Below are positions 1-9,156 of a DNA stretch of 64,000 nt, in pieces (the stretch's first letter is position 1; the number at the start of each line of letters is the position of its first letter). The stretch spans positions 26,075 through 90,074 of the forward strand of contig QCHF01000001.1 in NCBI GenBank assembly GCA_003279605.1, given 5' to 3'. A model generated the notes under the pieces. The model did not search any database. It saw nothing but the letters and a program-made list of their open reading frames with translations, and had not been told where the DNA came from. Both the position numbers and the translations under genes were made by a program. Source of the DNA: SAR86 cluster bacterium AG-390-O18. GTDB lineage: Bacteria > Pseudomonadota > Gammaproteobacteria > Magnimaribacterales > AG-339-G14.

Positions 1-737
1 TAGACTTTAAAGACCATATGAGGCTAATAGAAGCATTTGTTAAAATTAGCAATAAGAGAATTCCCATTATTGCTGGAACAGGAGCAAATTCAACAGAAGA
101 AGCAATAACTCTAACCAAATCTGCTGAATCTAGTGGCGCAGATGCTGCTCTTTTAGTTTCTCCTTATTATAATAAGCCTCCACAAGAAGGAATTTATGAA
201 CATCATATTAAGATTGCAGACGAGGTAAATCTTCCTCAGATTTTATATAATGTTCCGTCAAGAACAGCTAGCTTTATAGAATCAGAAACAGTTTCAAGAT
301 TAGCTAAGCACCAAAACATAATAGGCATTAAAGATGCTACTGGAGATATGGAAAACTTAGAAAATCTTAAAACTTTATGCAAAGAAGAAATTAAAACTAA
401 TAATTTCTCTCTTTTTTCTGGGGATGATTTTAGCTCTCTTGAGTTTATTGCCAAAGGTGGAGATGGAACTATTTCTGTAAGCTCAAACATTGTCCCAAAA
501 ATTGTTTCAGATATTTGTGAATTAGTTAAAAAAGATTACGATGCTGCAAAGAATCTTGACGATTCTCTTAAAGAGTTAAATAAAAATTTATTCATAGAAT
601 CTAATCCTATTCCAGTAAAATGGGCTCTTTTAAAAATGGGAATGATTAAAAGTGGAATAAGACTTCCTTTAGTAGAATTAAATGATAAATTTAAGAGGCC
701 ATTAGAGGCTTGTTTGGCAGAGCTTAATCTTATTTAA
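1..737 (+). CDS. dapA: 4-hydroxy-tetrahydrodipicolinate synthase, C-terminal part (5' end lies outside the window)
   Basis: The frame is open from nt 3. The translation has DHDPS-family signatures (IPIIAGTGANSTEEAI..., LLVSPYYNKP, GIKDATGD with the catalytic Lys). It is followed by bamC and purC as in E. coli. Confidence 0.93.
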   Translation, partial: DFKDHMRLIEAFVKISNKRIPIIAGTGANSTEEAITLTKSAESSGADAALLVSPYYNKPPQEGIYEHHIKIADEVNLPQILYNVPSRTASFIESETVSRLAKHQNIIGIKDATGDMENLENLKTLCKEEIKTNNFSLFSGDDFSSLEFIAKGGDGTISVSSNIVPKIVSDICELVKKDYDAAKNLDDSLKELNKNLFIESNPIPVKWALLKMGMIKSGIRLPLVELNDKFKRPLEACLAELNLI

Positions 738-1703
738 ATGAGTATTTTAAATCAAATTATTATTCTTTTACTATTTGTTTCATGCGCAACTAATTTTATT
801 AGCGAAGATGAAGTTAAAGAAGATAAAATTAAATTTAAGGATAGAAATTCATCAATTCTTAAATCTAAAGAAGTTCTAAAGGATTCTTCATTTATTGTAA
901 ATAGATATCCCATAAGTGGTGAAGTAGAAATCCCTCAAGAACAGACAAAAACACCAAGACCAAAAGAATTATTTTCTGCATCATCTGAAAACGAGATAAG
1001 ACTTCATAAGCTGGGAGAAGTGAGATGGATTTATTTAGGTTTAGAACCTAGTTCAGTATGGCCTATGGCTATAGAATTTCTTAAAAGTAATGAAATCTAT
1101 AAATTGGGTACTTATGATCCCTCAACAGGAATTATTAATAGTAAAAATTTTAGATTCAATAATCAGGAAACTAAAATAGAATTTAAATTAGAAAGAGGGC
1201 TTCAACAGTCTAGTACAGAAATATTTGTTACTCATTTGACTAATTTAAATGGAAATTGGGAAATTATTCCAAATGAAAATAGCGATTTAAATAAAATTGT
1301 TAATGAATTCTATGATTTCTTATCTTCTTCAGCGCCATCCACGGGTACCTCTTTGGTTGCTTTAAATTTAAATGTAAGTAATAAGACTGAAGTTGTAACA
1401 AACCAGAATGGTTCTAAATTTATAAAGCTAAGAGTTAACTTTGCTAGAGCCTGGGCGGCAACAAGAAGATCTCTTCAACTTGCTGGATATAAGATACTCG
1501 ATGAAGATAGAAATACTGGAAAATTTTATTTAGAATATATTGTCAAAAGATCTATCCTCAGTAGAACGCCTTCATTATCCGAGGTTGAAGTTTTTGTAAA
1601 AGAAGTGAGTTCAGATGAATGTATTATTTCAACAAATCTCAATGAAGATAATTTAGATATATCTCAGGATATTATTTCTCAAATAAACCAAGCACTATCT
1701 TAA
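738..1703 (+). CDS. bamC: Outer-membrane lipoprotein, probably BAM complex subunit BamC/NlpB
   Basis: The N-terminal signal peptide has a lipobox-like LLFVSC. Its position directly after dapA and before purC matches E. coli dapA-bamC-purC. The sequence itself is poorly conserved, so the call rests on context. Confidence 0.6.
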   Translation: MSILNQIIILLLFVSCATNFISEDEVKEDKIKFKDRNSSILKSKEVLKDSSFIVNRYPISGEVEIPQEQTKTPRPKELFSASSENEIRLHKLGEVRWIYLGLEPSSVWPMAIEFLKSNEIYKLGTYDPSTGIINSKNFRFNNQETKIEFKLERGLQQSSTEIFVTHLTNLNGNWEIIPNENSDLNKIVNEFYDFLSSSAPSTGTSLVALNLNVSNKTEVVTNQNGSKFIKLRVNFARAWAATRRSLQLAGYKILDEDRNTGKFYLEYIVKRSILSRTPSLSEVEVFVKEVSSDECIISTNLNEDNLDISQDIISQINQALS

Positions 1704-1709
1704 AAAAAT

Positions 1710-2423
1710 ATGGAAAAAAAAGAACTTCTTACCAAAGGAAAGGCCAAAGAGCTTTATAAGACATCAGATGATTCAAAACTAGTAATGGACTTTACTGATG
1801 ATACGTCAGCATTTGATGGAAAAAAAATAGAACAACTAGCTGGAAAGGGTACAGTCAATAATAGATTCAATAATTTTATTATGAATTATCTCGATTCTAA
1901 AGGTGTGGCTTGTCATCTTTTGGAAGAACTTAATGATCGTGAAAGTTTAGTTTTATCTTTAGACATGTTTCCGATTGAATGTGTTGTAAGGAACTATGCT
2001 GCAGGTAGTATTTGTAAACGTCTTGGGCTGGAAGAAGGTCTAAAATTTGAAAATCCTATATTTGAATTCTTTTATAAAGATGATGACTTAGGAGACCCAA
2101 TGATAAATGATAATCACATAATTTCTTTTGGATGGGCAGAATCAGATGATATAGAAATTCTAAAAAAACTTACTTTAGAAATTAATGACCATTTAGTAGA
2201 CTTATTTCTCAAAGCAGACTTAATTCTAGTTGACTTCAAATTAGAGTTTGGAAAAAACTCAGGAAAAATATATCTGGGTGACGAGTTTACTCCAGATGGA
2301 TGCAGAGTTTGGGATAAGGAAACTAAAAAGAAACTAGATAAAGATAGATTTAGATTGGGCCTAGGAGATGTAGTTGAATCTTACCAAGAGATAGCTCATA
2401 GACTTGGCGTAAATTTAACTTAA
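1710..2423 (+). CDS. purC: Phosphoribosylaminoimidazole-succinocarboxamide (SAICAR) synthase
   Basis: Typical PurC N-terminus (LLTKGKAKELYKTSDDSKLVMDFTDDTSAFDGKK), 237 aa. Confidence 0.95.
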   Translation: MEKKELLTKGKAKELYKTSDDSKLVMDFTDDTSAFDGKKIEQLAGKGTVNNRFNNFIMNYLDSKGVACHLLEELNDRESLVLSLDMFPIECVVRNYAAGSICKRLGLEEGLKFENPIFEFFYKDDDLGDPMINDNHIISFGWAESDDIEILKKLTLEINDHLVDLFLKADLILVDFKLEFGKNSGKIYLGDEFTPDGCRVWDKETKKKLDKDRFRLGLGDVVESYQEIAHRLGVNLT

Positions 2424-3467
2424 GTCATTATTTATTACTTCCAATATCTCGCTACCTGGACAAAGTTCGTCTTGCTCTAAAGTATTTAAAGGTTTATCAG
2501 GTAAATCCATTATTTCAGTCAGAGGCTTACATTTATTGTCCACATAGAGAAGCCCAGTAATAATTTTTCCTTCTTTGTTTTTCTTTCTAATAAGATCCAG
2601 AGAATTCCCTGCATCTGTAGGGTCAAAATTATGATCAGTTTTTTCTAGAGATAGTCTGGACCCGTCATGAAGTTTTACTTCTACACTTGAGCCTTCGTCA
2701 TAATTTGTCTTTATTTCTTCCCCTAATGGAACAAAATCTGTTTTACCCATTGCTTCATTATGATTTCGAATGTAGTCATAACTTTTTGTTGAAGAATCAT
2801 GATTATTGAAAGTTACGCAAGGACTAATAATATCCAAGAGTGCAAAACCTTTATGTTGTATAGCTCCCATAATTAAAGGTACTAATTGATCTCTATCTCC
2901 AGAAAAACTTCTAGCTACATATGATGCTCCCATCTGTATTGCCATTGAAGTAAGATCTATCGGAGGAAATAAATTGTCTTCTCCGTATTTATTTTTAGAT
3001 TCAAGATCGTTTGTTGCAGAAAATTGTCCTTTAGTTAAACCATAAGTTCCATTATTTTCAACAAAATAAACCATATTAACTTGTCTTCTAATCGCATGGA
3101 TAAATTGTCCAATACCTATTGAGGCGCTATCTCCATCTCCTGATACTCCTAAGTAAAGGAGATCTTCATTAGCACAATTTGCACCTGTAGCTATCGAAGG
3201 CATTCTTCCATGGACAGAATTAAATCCATGAGAGGCATTTAAAAAATATGCTGGAGCTTTTGAAGAACAACCAATACCAGATAATTTAGCTACTTTATAA
3301 GCCTCAATATTTAACCTAAAACAAGCTTCAATGATGCAAGCACTTATAGAATCATGACCGCACCCGGCACACAGAGTAGAAACTCCCCCCTCATAGTCTC
3401 TTCTTGTAAGACCTAATTTATTTTTTTCTAGGTTAGGATGTTTATTTATTGGTTTAAAGTAACTCAT
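2415..3467 (-). CDS. 2-oxoacid:ferredoxin (acceptor) oxidoreductase, beta subunit (TPP/Fe-S binding)
   Basis: KorB-type signatures (CAGCGHDSI, GVSGDGDSASIGIGQFIHAIRRQVNMVYFVENNGTYGLTKGQ). It has a 4-nt ATGA overlap with the upstream alpha subunit. Confidence 0.88.
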   Translation of the reverse strand: MSYFKPINKHPNLEKNKLGLTRRDYEGGVSTLCAGCGHDSISACIIEACFRLNIEAYKVAKLSGIGCSSKAPAYFLNASHGFNSVHGRMPSIATGANCANEDLLYLGVSGDGDSASIGIGQFIHAIRRQVNMVYFVENNGTYGLTKGQFSATNDLESKNKYGEDNLFPPIDLTSMAIQMGASYVARSFSGDRDQLVPLIMGAIQHKGFALLDIISPCVTFNNHDSSTKSYDYIRNHNEAMGKTDFVPLGEEIKTNYDEGSSVEVKLHDGSRLSLEKTDHNFDPTDAGNSLDLIRKKNKEGKIITGLLYVDNKCKPLTEIMDLPDKPLNTLEQDELCPGSEILEVINNDLS

Positions 3468-5296
3468 GTCATCAAGGCCTGTTGTGATTCTCTTTCGTAA
3501 ATCTTCTTAGCAATAAATTTTGCTTGAATTGGATCACCATTAAACCAAACTAGCGATCTAAGTTTTTCTGCTGAAATTCCTCCTTCAGCCATTATTAAAG
3601 TTCTCATTTGACTATCTCTATTTTGTTCAATTACATATATAAGGTCATGGTTTTCAATGAATTCCCATACATCTAAATTAAAAGGAAAAGATCTAATTCT
3701 CATTAGGTCCACTTCAATATTATTTTCGTTGAGAATGTCTTTAGCTTCATACATTGCAGCAGACGTACTACCGTAAAAAATTACTCCAGAACTTCCTTGC
3801 TTTTCTGAAAGATTAATTATTGGATCGGGAACTAATTCAGAAGCAGTTCTGAATTTTTTAACTAGCCTTGTTAAGGTTTGCTCATTTATATCTCCATTTT
3901 CTGTATACCTAGCATATTCATCATGAGATGTTCCTCTAGTAAAGAAAGCTCCCTTCTCTGGGTGAGTTCCTGGATAAGTTCTATAACAAATACCATCATC
4001 ATCAACATCTAAATATCTGCCAAAATTATCCATCTTATCTAAATCTTCGGCTTTAAGAACTTTTCCTCTATCGTATTTTTGTTCATCATCCCATTCAAAT
4101 TTATCTGTAACCCAATCATTCATTCCAATATCTAAATCGCTAATGACAAATACAGGAGTTTGTAATCTTTCAGCTAAATTAAAAGCTTCAGCAGAAAATT
4201 CAAAACATTCCTGAGGATCTTCAGGAAATAAAAGCACATGCTTAGTATCTCCATGAGAAGCATAAGCACAAGAGAGAATATCGGATTGTTGAGTTCTTGT
4301 CGGCATTCCAGTTGAAGGACCACCTCTTTGAATATTGAAAATAACCAGAGGCACTTCTGCAAAGTAAGCTAGACCTAAAAATTCACTCATCAAAGAAATT
4401 CCTGGACCGCTTGTTGCAGTGAAACCTCTTGCACCATTCCAATTAGCGCCTATCGCCATACCCACAGCAGCTAATTCATCTTCTGCTTGAACACTTATGT
4501 AATTATTTTTACCTGTCTGAGAGTCAATCCTGTACTTTGAAGCATACTTTTCAAAGCCTTCTGCAACAGAGGTAGAAGGAGTTATTGGATACCAAGAGCA
4601 AAAAGTAGCTCCCCCATAGACTGCTCCTAACCCACAAGCATCATTTCCAGAAACAAGTATTTTATTTTTAAGTTTATCTTCTCTTTTGACATTAATTCCT
4701 AGCGGATAAGGTAAATTTTTTAAGACGTAATCTCTTCCGATATTTAAAGCTTTTATATTTGGTTCAATAAGCTTAGGCTTACTCACAAATTGTTCCGAAA
4801 TTAATTTCTCAAGTACTTCATATTCAATTTCTAAAAGAGGCGATAAAGCTCCTACATAGGCAATATTTTTAAATAAAGCTCTTTGTTTGGCATTTGTAAA
4901 GGAATCCACACAAAGTTGCGTTAATGGAATTTCAATAATAGTGATGTCATCCCTATTAAAATTTCTTTTCCAAGTTGAATCATATAAAAGGTAACCGCCT
5001 TCAGAAATTTCTTCAACATCTTGAGAATAAGTTTGAGGATTCATCGCAACAGCAATATCTACACCACCTCTACTTCCTAAATAACCTTTATTATTCACTC
5101 TGACTTCGAACCAAGTTGGCAAACCTTGAATATTCGAAGGAAAAATATTTTTTGGACTTATAGGTATACCCATCCTAAAAATAGACTTTGCAAACATTTG
5201 GTTGGCACTTGCAGAACCTGTTCCATTAACATTTGCAAATTTAATGACAAAGTCATTAAGCGAATTAATAGGATCTACTTTTACAGGATTTTCCAC
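3464..5296 (-). CDS. 2-oxoacid:ferredoxin (acceptor) oxidoreductase, alpha subunit (gamma-alpha fused type)
   Basis: An N-terminal POR-gamma-like region (FANVNGTGSASANQMFAKSI) is followed by an alpha domain (GNDACGLGAVYGGATFCSWYPITPSTS, GARGFTATSGPGISLM). GTG start overlaps the upstream stop by 1 nt (TAGTG). Confidence 0.88.
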   Translation of the reverse strand: MENPVKVDPINSLNDFVIKFANVNGTGSASANQMFAKSIFRMGIPISPKNIFPSNIQGLPTWFEVRVNNKGYLGSRGGVDIAVAMNPQTYSQDVEEISEGGYLLYDSTWKRNFNRDDITIIEIPLTQLCVDSFTNAKQRALFKNIAYVGALSPLLEIEYEVLEKLISEQFVSKPKLIEPNIKALNIGRDYVLKNLPYPLGINVKREDKLKNKILVSGNDACGLGAVYGGATFCSWYPITPSTSVAEGFEKYASKYRIDSQTGKNNYISVQAEDELAAVGMAIGANWNGARGFTATSGPGISLMSEFLGLAYFAEVPLVIFNIQRGGPSTGMPTRTQQSDILSCAYASHGDTKHVLLFPEDPQECFEFSAEAFNLAERLQTPVFVISDLDIGMNDWVTDKFEWDDEQKYDRGKVLKAEDLDKMDNFGRYLDVDDDGICYRTYPGTHPEKGAFFTRGTSHDEYARYTENGDINEQTLTRLVKKFRTASELVPDPIINLSEKQGSSGVIFYGSTSAAMYEAKDILNENNIEVDLMRIRSFPFNLDVWEFIENHDLIYVIEQNRDSQMRTLIMAEGGISAEKLRSLVWFNGDPIQAKFIAKKIYERESQQALMT

Positions 5297-7326
5297 TAGG
5301 CAACTTCCTTAGTTTTAACCTTATCTTTATTTAGGTTATGCGCTTCAATGTAATTATTTTTTTGAATGTCCCAAGCACCAGTTGGACACCTTTCAGCACA
5401 GAGTCCACAATGAACACACATATCCTCATCTTTGATCATTACTCTCCCAGTAACTAGTTTTCCTGATACATAAAGATCTTGATCCAAATTCAATGCCGGC
5501 ACTCTAAGCTTTTCTCTTACTTTTTCTTCAGTATCGTTTGTAGTGAATGTAATACAGTCTGTCGGACAAATATCAACACAAGCATCGCACTCTATACAAA
5601 GTTTTTCTTGAAAAACTGTTTGCATATCACAATTGAGACATCTTTGTGCTTCATCTAGAGCGAGTTTCTCATCAAAGCCTAATTCAACTTCCATTTTAAG
5701 ATCATTAAGGGCTTGTTTTAAATCTGCATGCGGCACTTCGAGACGTACTTCCTGAGAAATGTCATTATCATAAGACCATTCATGAATTCCCATTTTTTGA
5801 CTTACTAAATTTGTAAGTGGTGGAGGCCTATCGAATAAATCAATTTCGCTACAAAAATTATCTATAGAAATTGCAGCTTGATGACCATGTGCTACAGCCC
5901 ATATAATATTTTCAGGACCCCAAGCAGCATCACCGCCAAAAAAAACTTTTGGATGTGAAGACTGCATTGTAGTTTTATCAACAATAGGGCAATCCCATTC
6001 ATTGAAATCAATTCCGATATTTTTTTCTATCCATGGAAAAGCATTATCTTGACCAATTGCCAAAAGCACGTCGTCGCATTCGATAATTATTTCTTCACCC
6101 GTAGGAATTAACTTTCTTTTGCCATCAGTGTATTGAGCTTCCATTTTTTCAAACTTCATTCCCTTTAATTTACCTTTGTCATCTAATAAAAATTCTTTTG
6201 GAGAAGTGTTATCTAAAATAGGAATTCCCTCATCAATAGCTTCTTCTAACTCCCAATCAGACGCTTTCATATCTGATTTTGGACTTCTAACAGTAACTTT
6301 AACGTCATCTGCTCCTAATCTAATGGCTGTCCTGCAGCAATCCATAGCTGTATTTCCACCTCCAATGACAATTACTTTCTTACCAATTGATTTTGTATGC
6401 TCAAAAGCAATACTTGTTAACCAATCTATTCCAATATGAATATTTTCACTTGCCTCTTTTCGACCCGTTATTTCAAGATCTTTTCCTTTAGGCGCTCCTG
6501 TTCCAACGAAAACAGCATCAAAAGAATCAATAATATTTTCTAGGCTATCAATGTAAGAATTAGTTTTAAGATCAGCTCCCATTTTAATTATTCTATAAAC
6601 CTCTTCATCTAAGACTTCAGCAGGAAGTCTAAAAGAAGGAATATTGGTTCTCATCAACCCACCTGGTTTATTATCTTTCTCAAAAATAGTAACTTCATAG
6701 CCTAAAGGTAGTAAGTCTCTGGCTACTGTTAAAGATGCAGGGCCTGCGCCGATAAGACCAATTTTCTTACCATTTTTAACTTTTGGAATCTCAGGAAGAT
6801 AAGGATCAATATCATTCTTATAATCGTATGTAACCCTTTTTAATCTGCAGATAGCTACTGGCTTATCGTGAGTTCTTCCTCTTCGACAAGCAGGTTCACA
6901 CGGTCTATCACAAGTTCTTCCAAGTATCCCTGGAAATACGTTTGATTCCCAATTAAGCATATAAGCATCATCGTATTTTTTTTGAGCAATCAGACGAATA
7001 TATTCAGGGACATTAGTGTGGGCAGGACAAGCATATTGGCAATCAACTACTTTGTGAAAATATTGCGGATCAGAAATATCAGTTTTTTGCATATGCTCAG
7101 TTCCTCTAAGCACAATACCTTTATCATCTGCATTGATTTTCTTAATTTGAAATTCAGTTTTGAATTCTTCAATAATTTTGTCTCTGACAGGTATGGCTTT
7201 ATCTAAATCCTTTTCGCCAGTAGATCTTCTTAAATCATAGCCTAGTTCATTTCTTAAAGATAAAGGTACAGCAAGCTTTACCCACCATACATTATTTCTT
7301 TTAAACAAATATTTTTTATCTGACAT
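5296..7326 (-). CDS. GltD-like NAD(P)H flavoprotein fused to a C-terminal 2x[4Fe-4S] ferredoxin domain, with an unusual N-terminal extension
   Basis: GltD-type N-terminal Cys clusters are present (CQYACPAHTNVPEYI, CDRPCEPACRRG). There are two Rossmann motifs (IGLIGAGPASLTVA, VIVIGGGNTAMDCC). The C-terminal dicluster motifs are CLNCD..CIECDACVDICP and CVHCGLCAERCP. It is the first gene of a translationally coupled three-gene unit with the OFOR subunits. The start is uncertain: ATG at 7326, or an internal ATG at 7092 preceded by AGGA. Confidence 0.8.
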   Translation of the reverse strand: MSDKKYLFKRNNVWWVKLAVPLSLRNELGYDLRRSTGEKDLDKAIPVRDKIIEEFKTEFQIKKINADDKGIVLRGTEHMQKTDISDPQYFHKVVDCQYACPAHTNVPEYIRLIAQKKYDDAYMLNWESNVFPGILGRTCDRPCEPACRRGRTHDKPVAICRLKRVTYDYKNDIDPYLPEIPKVKNGKKIGLIGAGPASLTVARDLLPLGYEVTIFEKDNKPGGLMRTNIPSFRLPAEVLDEEVYRIIKMGADLKTNSYIDSLENIIDSFDAVFVGTGAPKGKDLEITGRKEASENIHIGIDWLTSIAFEHTKSIGKKVIVIGGGNTAMDCCRTAIRLGADDVKVTVRSPKSDMKASDWELEEAIDEGIPILDNTSPKEFLLDDKGKLKGMKFEKMEAQYTDGKRKLIPTGEEIIIECDDVLLAIGQDNAFPWIEKNIGIDFNEWDCPIVDKTTMQSSHPKVFFGGDAAWGPENIIWAVAHGHQAAISIDNFCSEIDLFDRPPPLTNLVSQKMGIHEWSYDNDISQEVRLEVPHADLKQALNDLKMEVELGFDEKLALDEAQRCLNCDMQTVFQEKLCIECDACVDICPTDCITFTTNDTEEKVREKLRVPALNLDQDLYVSGKLVTGRVMIKDEDMCVHCGLCAERCPTGAWDIQKNNYIEAHNLNKDKVKTKEVA

Positions 7327-7333
7327 CTAAAGT

Positions 7334-7448
7334 GTACCTTATCTTCATCTCAAGGGACTATCTATTAGGAATTATAGTATTTTTATTAAAAAGGTACAAT
7401 AGATGGTAATATGTTTATGAATTATCGGTTTTAGATTAAATGTACCTT
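7334..7448. repeat. Three copies of the octamer TGTACCTT/AAGGTACA in the divergent OFOR/isc intergenic region
   Basis: TGTACCTT occurs at 7334-7341 and 7441-7448, and its reverse complement AAGGTACA at 7391-7398. The last two copies sit in A/T-flanked arms (AAAAAGGTACAAT ... AAATGTACCTTTTT). This is a possible operator; function is unknown. Confidence 0.35.
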
Positions 7449-7500
7449 TTTAGATTATTGTTTTCGTGGTAATATTCACGCGAATTTTAAATGAGATGAA

Positions 7501-8706
7501 ATGAATACTTATTATTTTGATTATGCTTCCACTACTCCAGTTGATTCTTTGGTAGTAAATAAAATGAAAGATTGTCTTTCAGTTGACGGAGCTTTTGGTA
7601 ATTCAGGATCGAGATCACATATATTTGGATGGAAGGCTGAAGAACTGGTTGAGGAAGCTAGAGTAAATGTTGCTAATTTAATCAACTGCGACTCTAGAGA
7701 AATAATATGGACTTCTGGAGCTACTGAATCAGATAACTTAGCTATCAAAGGAGCGGCATATTTTTATTCAAATAAAGGGAAACACATAATCACTTCTAAA
7801 ATTGAACACAAAGCTGTTTTGGATGTATGCAGACAACTTGAAAGCGAATCTTATGAAGTTACTTATTTAGAACCTAACAATGATGGAGTAATTACTCCTG
7901 AGTCTGTAAAAACGGCATTGAGAGAAGATACTGTTTTAGTTTCTTTAATGCATATCAATAATGAGATAGGCGTTATAAATGATATTGAGGCTATTGGAAA
8001 AATTGTTAAACAAAATGGAAGTATTTTTCATGTTGACGCGGCACAAAGCGCAGGCAAGATTCCAATTGATATAGAAGATTTAGAAGTAGATTTAATGTCG
8101 TTTTCTGCTCATAAAATTTATGGCCCCAAAGGAATCGGAGCATTGTATGTAAGAAGAAAGCCTAGGGTACGCCTTCAACCCTTATTCCATGGCGGAGGCC
8201 AAGAAAGAGGTATAAGAGCAGGAACTCTTCCAACTCATCAGATTGTAGGAATGGGCGAAGCTTTTAAGCTTGCCAACAAAAAAATGGCAGAAGATTATCA
8301 AAATCTGTCCAAATACAGAGATATCTTATGGAACGGATTAAAAGATATGGAAGAAGTTTACATAAACGGAGCAATTGAAAATGCATTTCCAGGAATCTTT
8401 AACATGTCATTTAATTTTGTTGAAGGCGAGTCTTTAATAATGGCATTAAAAAATATTGCTGTTTCATCTGGCTCTGCTTGCACTTCAGCTAGTCTTGAAC
8501 CATCTTATGTTCTAAGAGCCTTGGGAAGAAAAGACGAACTTGCTCACAGCTCGATAAGATTTTCTTTCGGAAGGTATACAAAAGAACAAGAAGTCAAAGA
8601 AACAGTAGAGCTTGTAAAAGATTCAGTTAACAAACTTAGAGAAATCTCACCCTTGTGGGAAATGTATCAAGATGGCGTAGATTTAGATAAAATAGAGTGG
8701 GCATAA
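7501..8706 (+). CDS. iscS: Cysteine desulfurase IscS
   Basis: 401 aa. Class V aminotransferase with the IscS signature [21 protein letters not shown] and the PLP-Lys region [17 protein letters not shown]. It heads an isc operon. Confidence 0.96.
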   Translation: MNTYYFDYASTTPVDSLVVNKMKDCLSVDGAFGNSGSRSHIFGWKAEELVEEARVNVANLINCDSREIIWTSGATESDNLAIKGAAYFYSNKGKHIITSKIEHKAVLDVCRQLESESYEVTYLEPNNDGVITPESVKTALREDTVLVSLMHINNEIGVINDIEAIGKIVKQNGSIFHVDAAQSAGKIPIDIEDLEVDLMSFSAHKIYGPKGIGALYVRRKPRVRLQPLFHGGGQERGIRAGTLPTHQIVGMGEAFKLANKKMAEDYQNLSKYRDILWNGLKDMEEVYINGAIENAFPGIFNMSFNFVEGESLIMALKNIAVSSGSACTSASLEPSYVLRALGRKDELAHSSIRFSFGRYTKEQEVKETVELVKDSVNKLREISPLWEMYQDGVDLDKIEWA

Positions 8707-8733
8707 AATGATAATTTTAATTGTGAGGAACTA

Positions 8734-9156
8734 ATGGCTTATTCACAGAAAGTAGTAGATAAATTTGAACAGACACTAAAAAATCCTAAGGAGGCAAGTG
8801 TAGGAAGATGGAAGCCTGGAGACAAAGACTTTCACAGAGTTGGCACAGGGATTGTTGGTGCTCCTGCTTGCGGAGACGTCATGAAGCTTCAAATTAAATG
8901 TGAAAATATAGATGGTACAAATAAGATTGTAGATGCAAAGTTCAAGACTTATGGTTGTGGTTCAGCAATTGCTTCAAGCGGAGAGCTAATCGATATGCTC
9001 AAAGGTAAAACTCTAGAGGAGGCTCAAAATATATCAAATCAGGAAATCGTCGACATTCTTGAATTACCAGCAATAAAAATTCACTGCAGTGTCCTTGCTG
9101 AAGAAGCTATCCATAGGGCGGTAGATGACTTCAAAAGCAGAAGAAATAATGACTAA
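8734..9156 (+). CDS. iscU: Fe-S cluster assembly scaffold IscU
   Basis: Contains GAPACGDVMKLQI, KTYGCGSAIASS and IHCSVLAEEAI. The HscA-recognition motif LPPVK reads LPAIK here (9064-9078). Confidence 0.95.
   Translation: MAYSQKVVDKFEQTLKNPKEASVGRWKPGDKDFHRVGTGIVGAPACGDVMKLQIKCENIDGTNKIVDAKFKTYGCGSAIASSGELIDMLKGKTLEEAQNISNQEIVDILELPAIKIHCSVLAEEAIHRAVDDFKSRRNND

Noticed and set aside
7408-7426. A Fur-box-like AT-rich sequence (AATATGTTTATGAATTATC) upstream of iscS.
   Set aside because: It matches only about 11 of 19 positions of GATAATGATAATCATTATC. That is not distinguishable from background in an AT-rich intergenic region.
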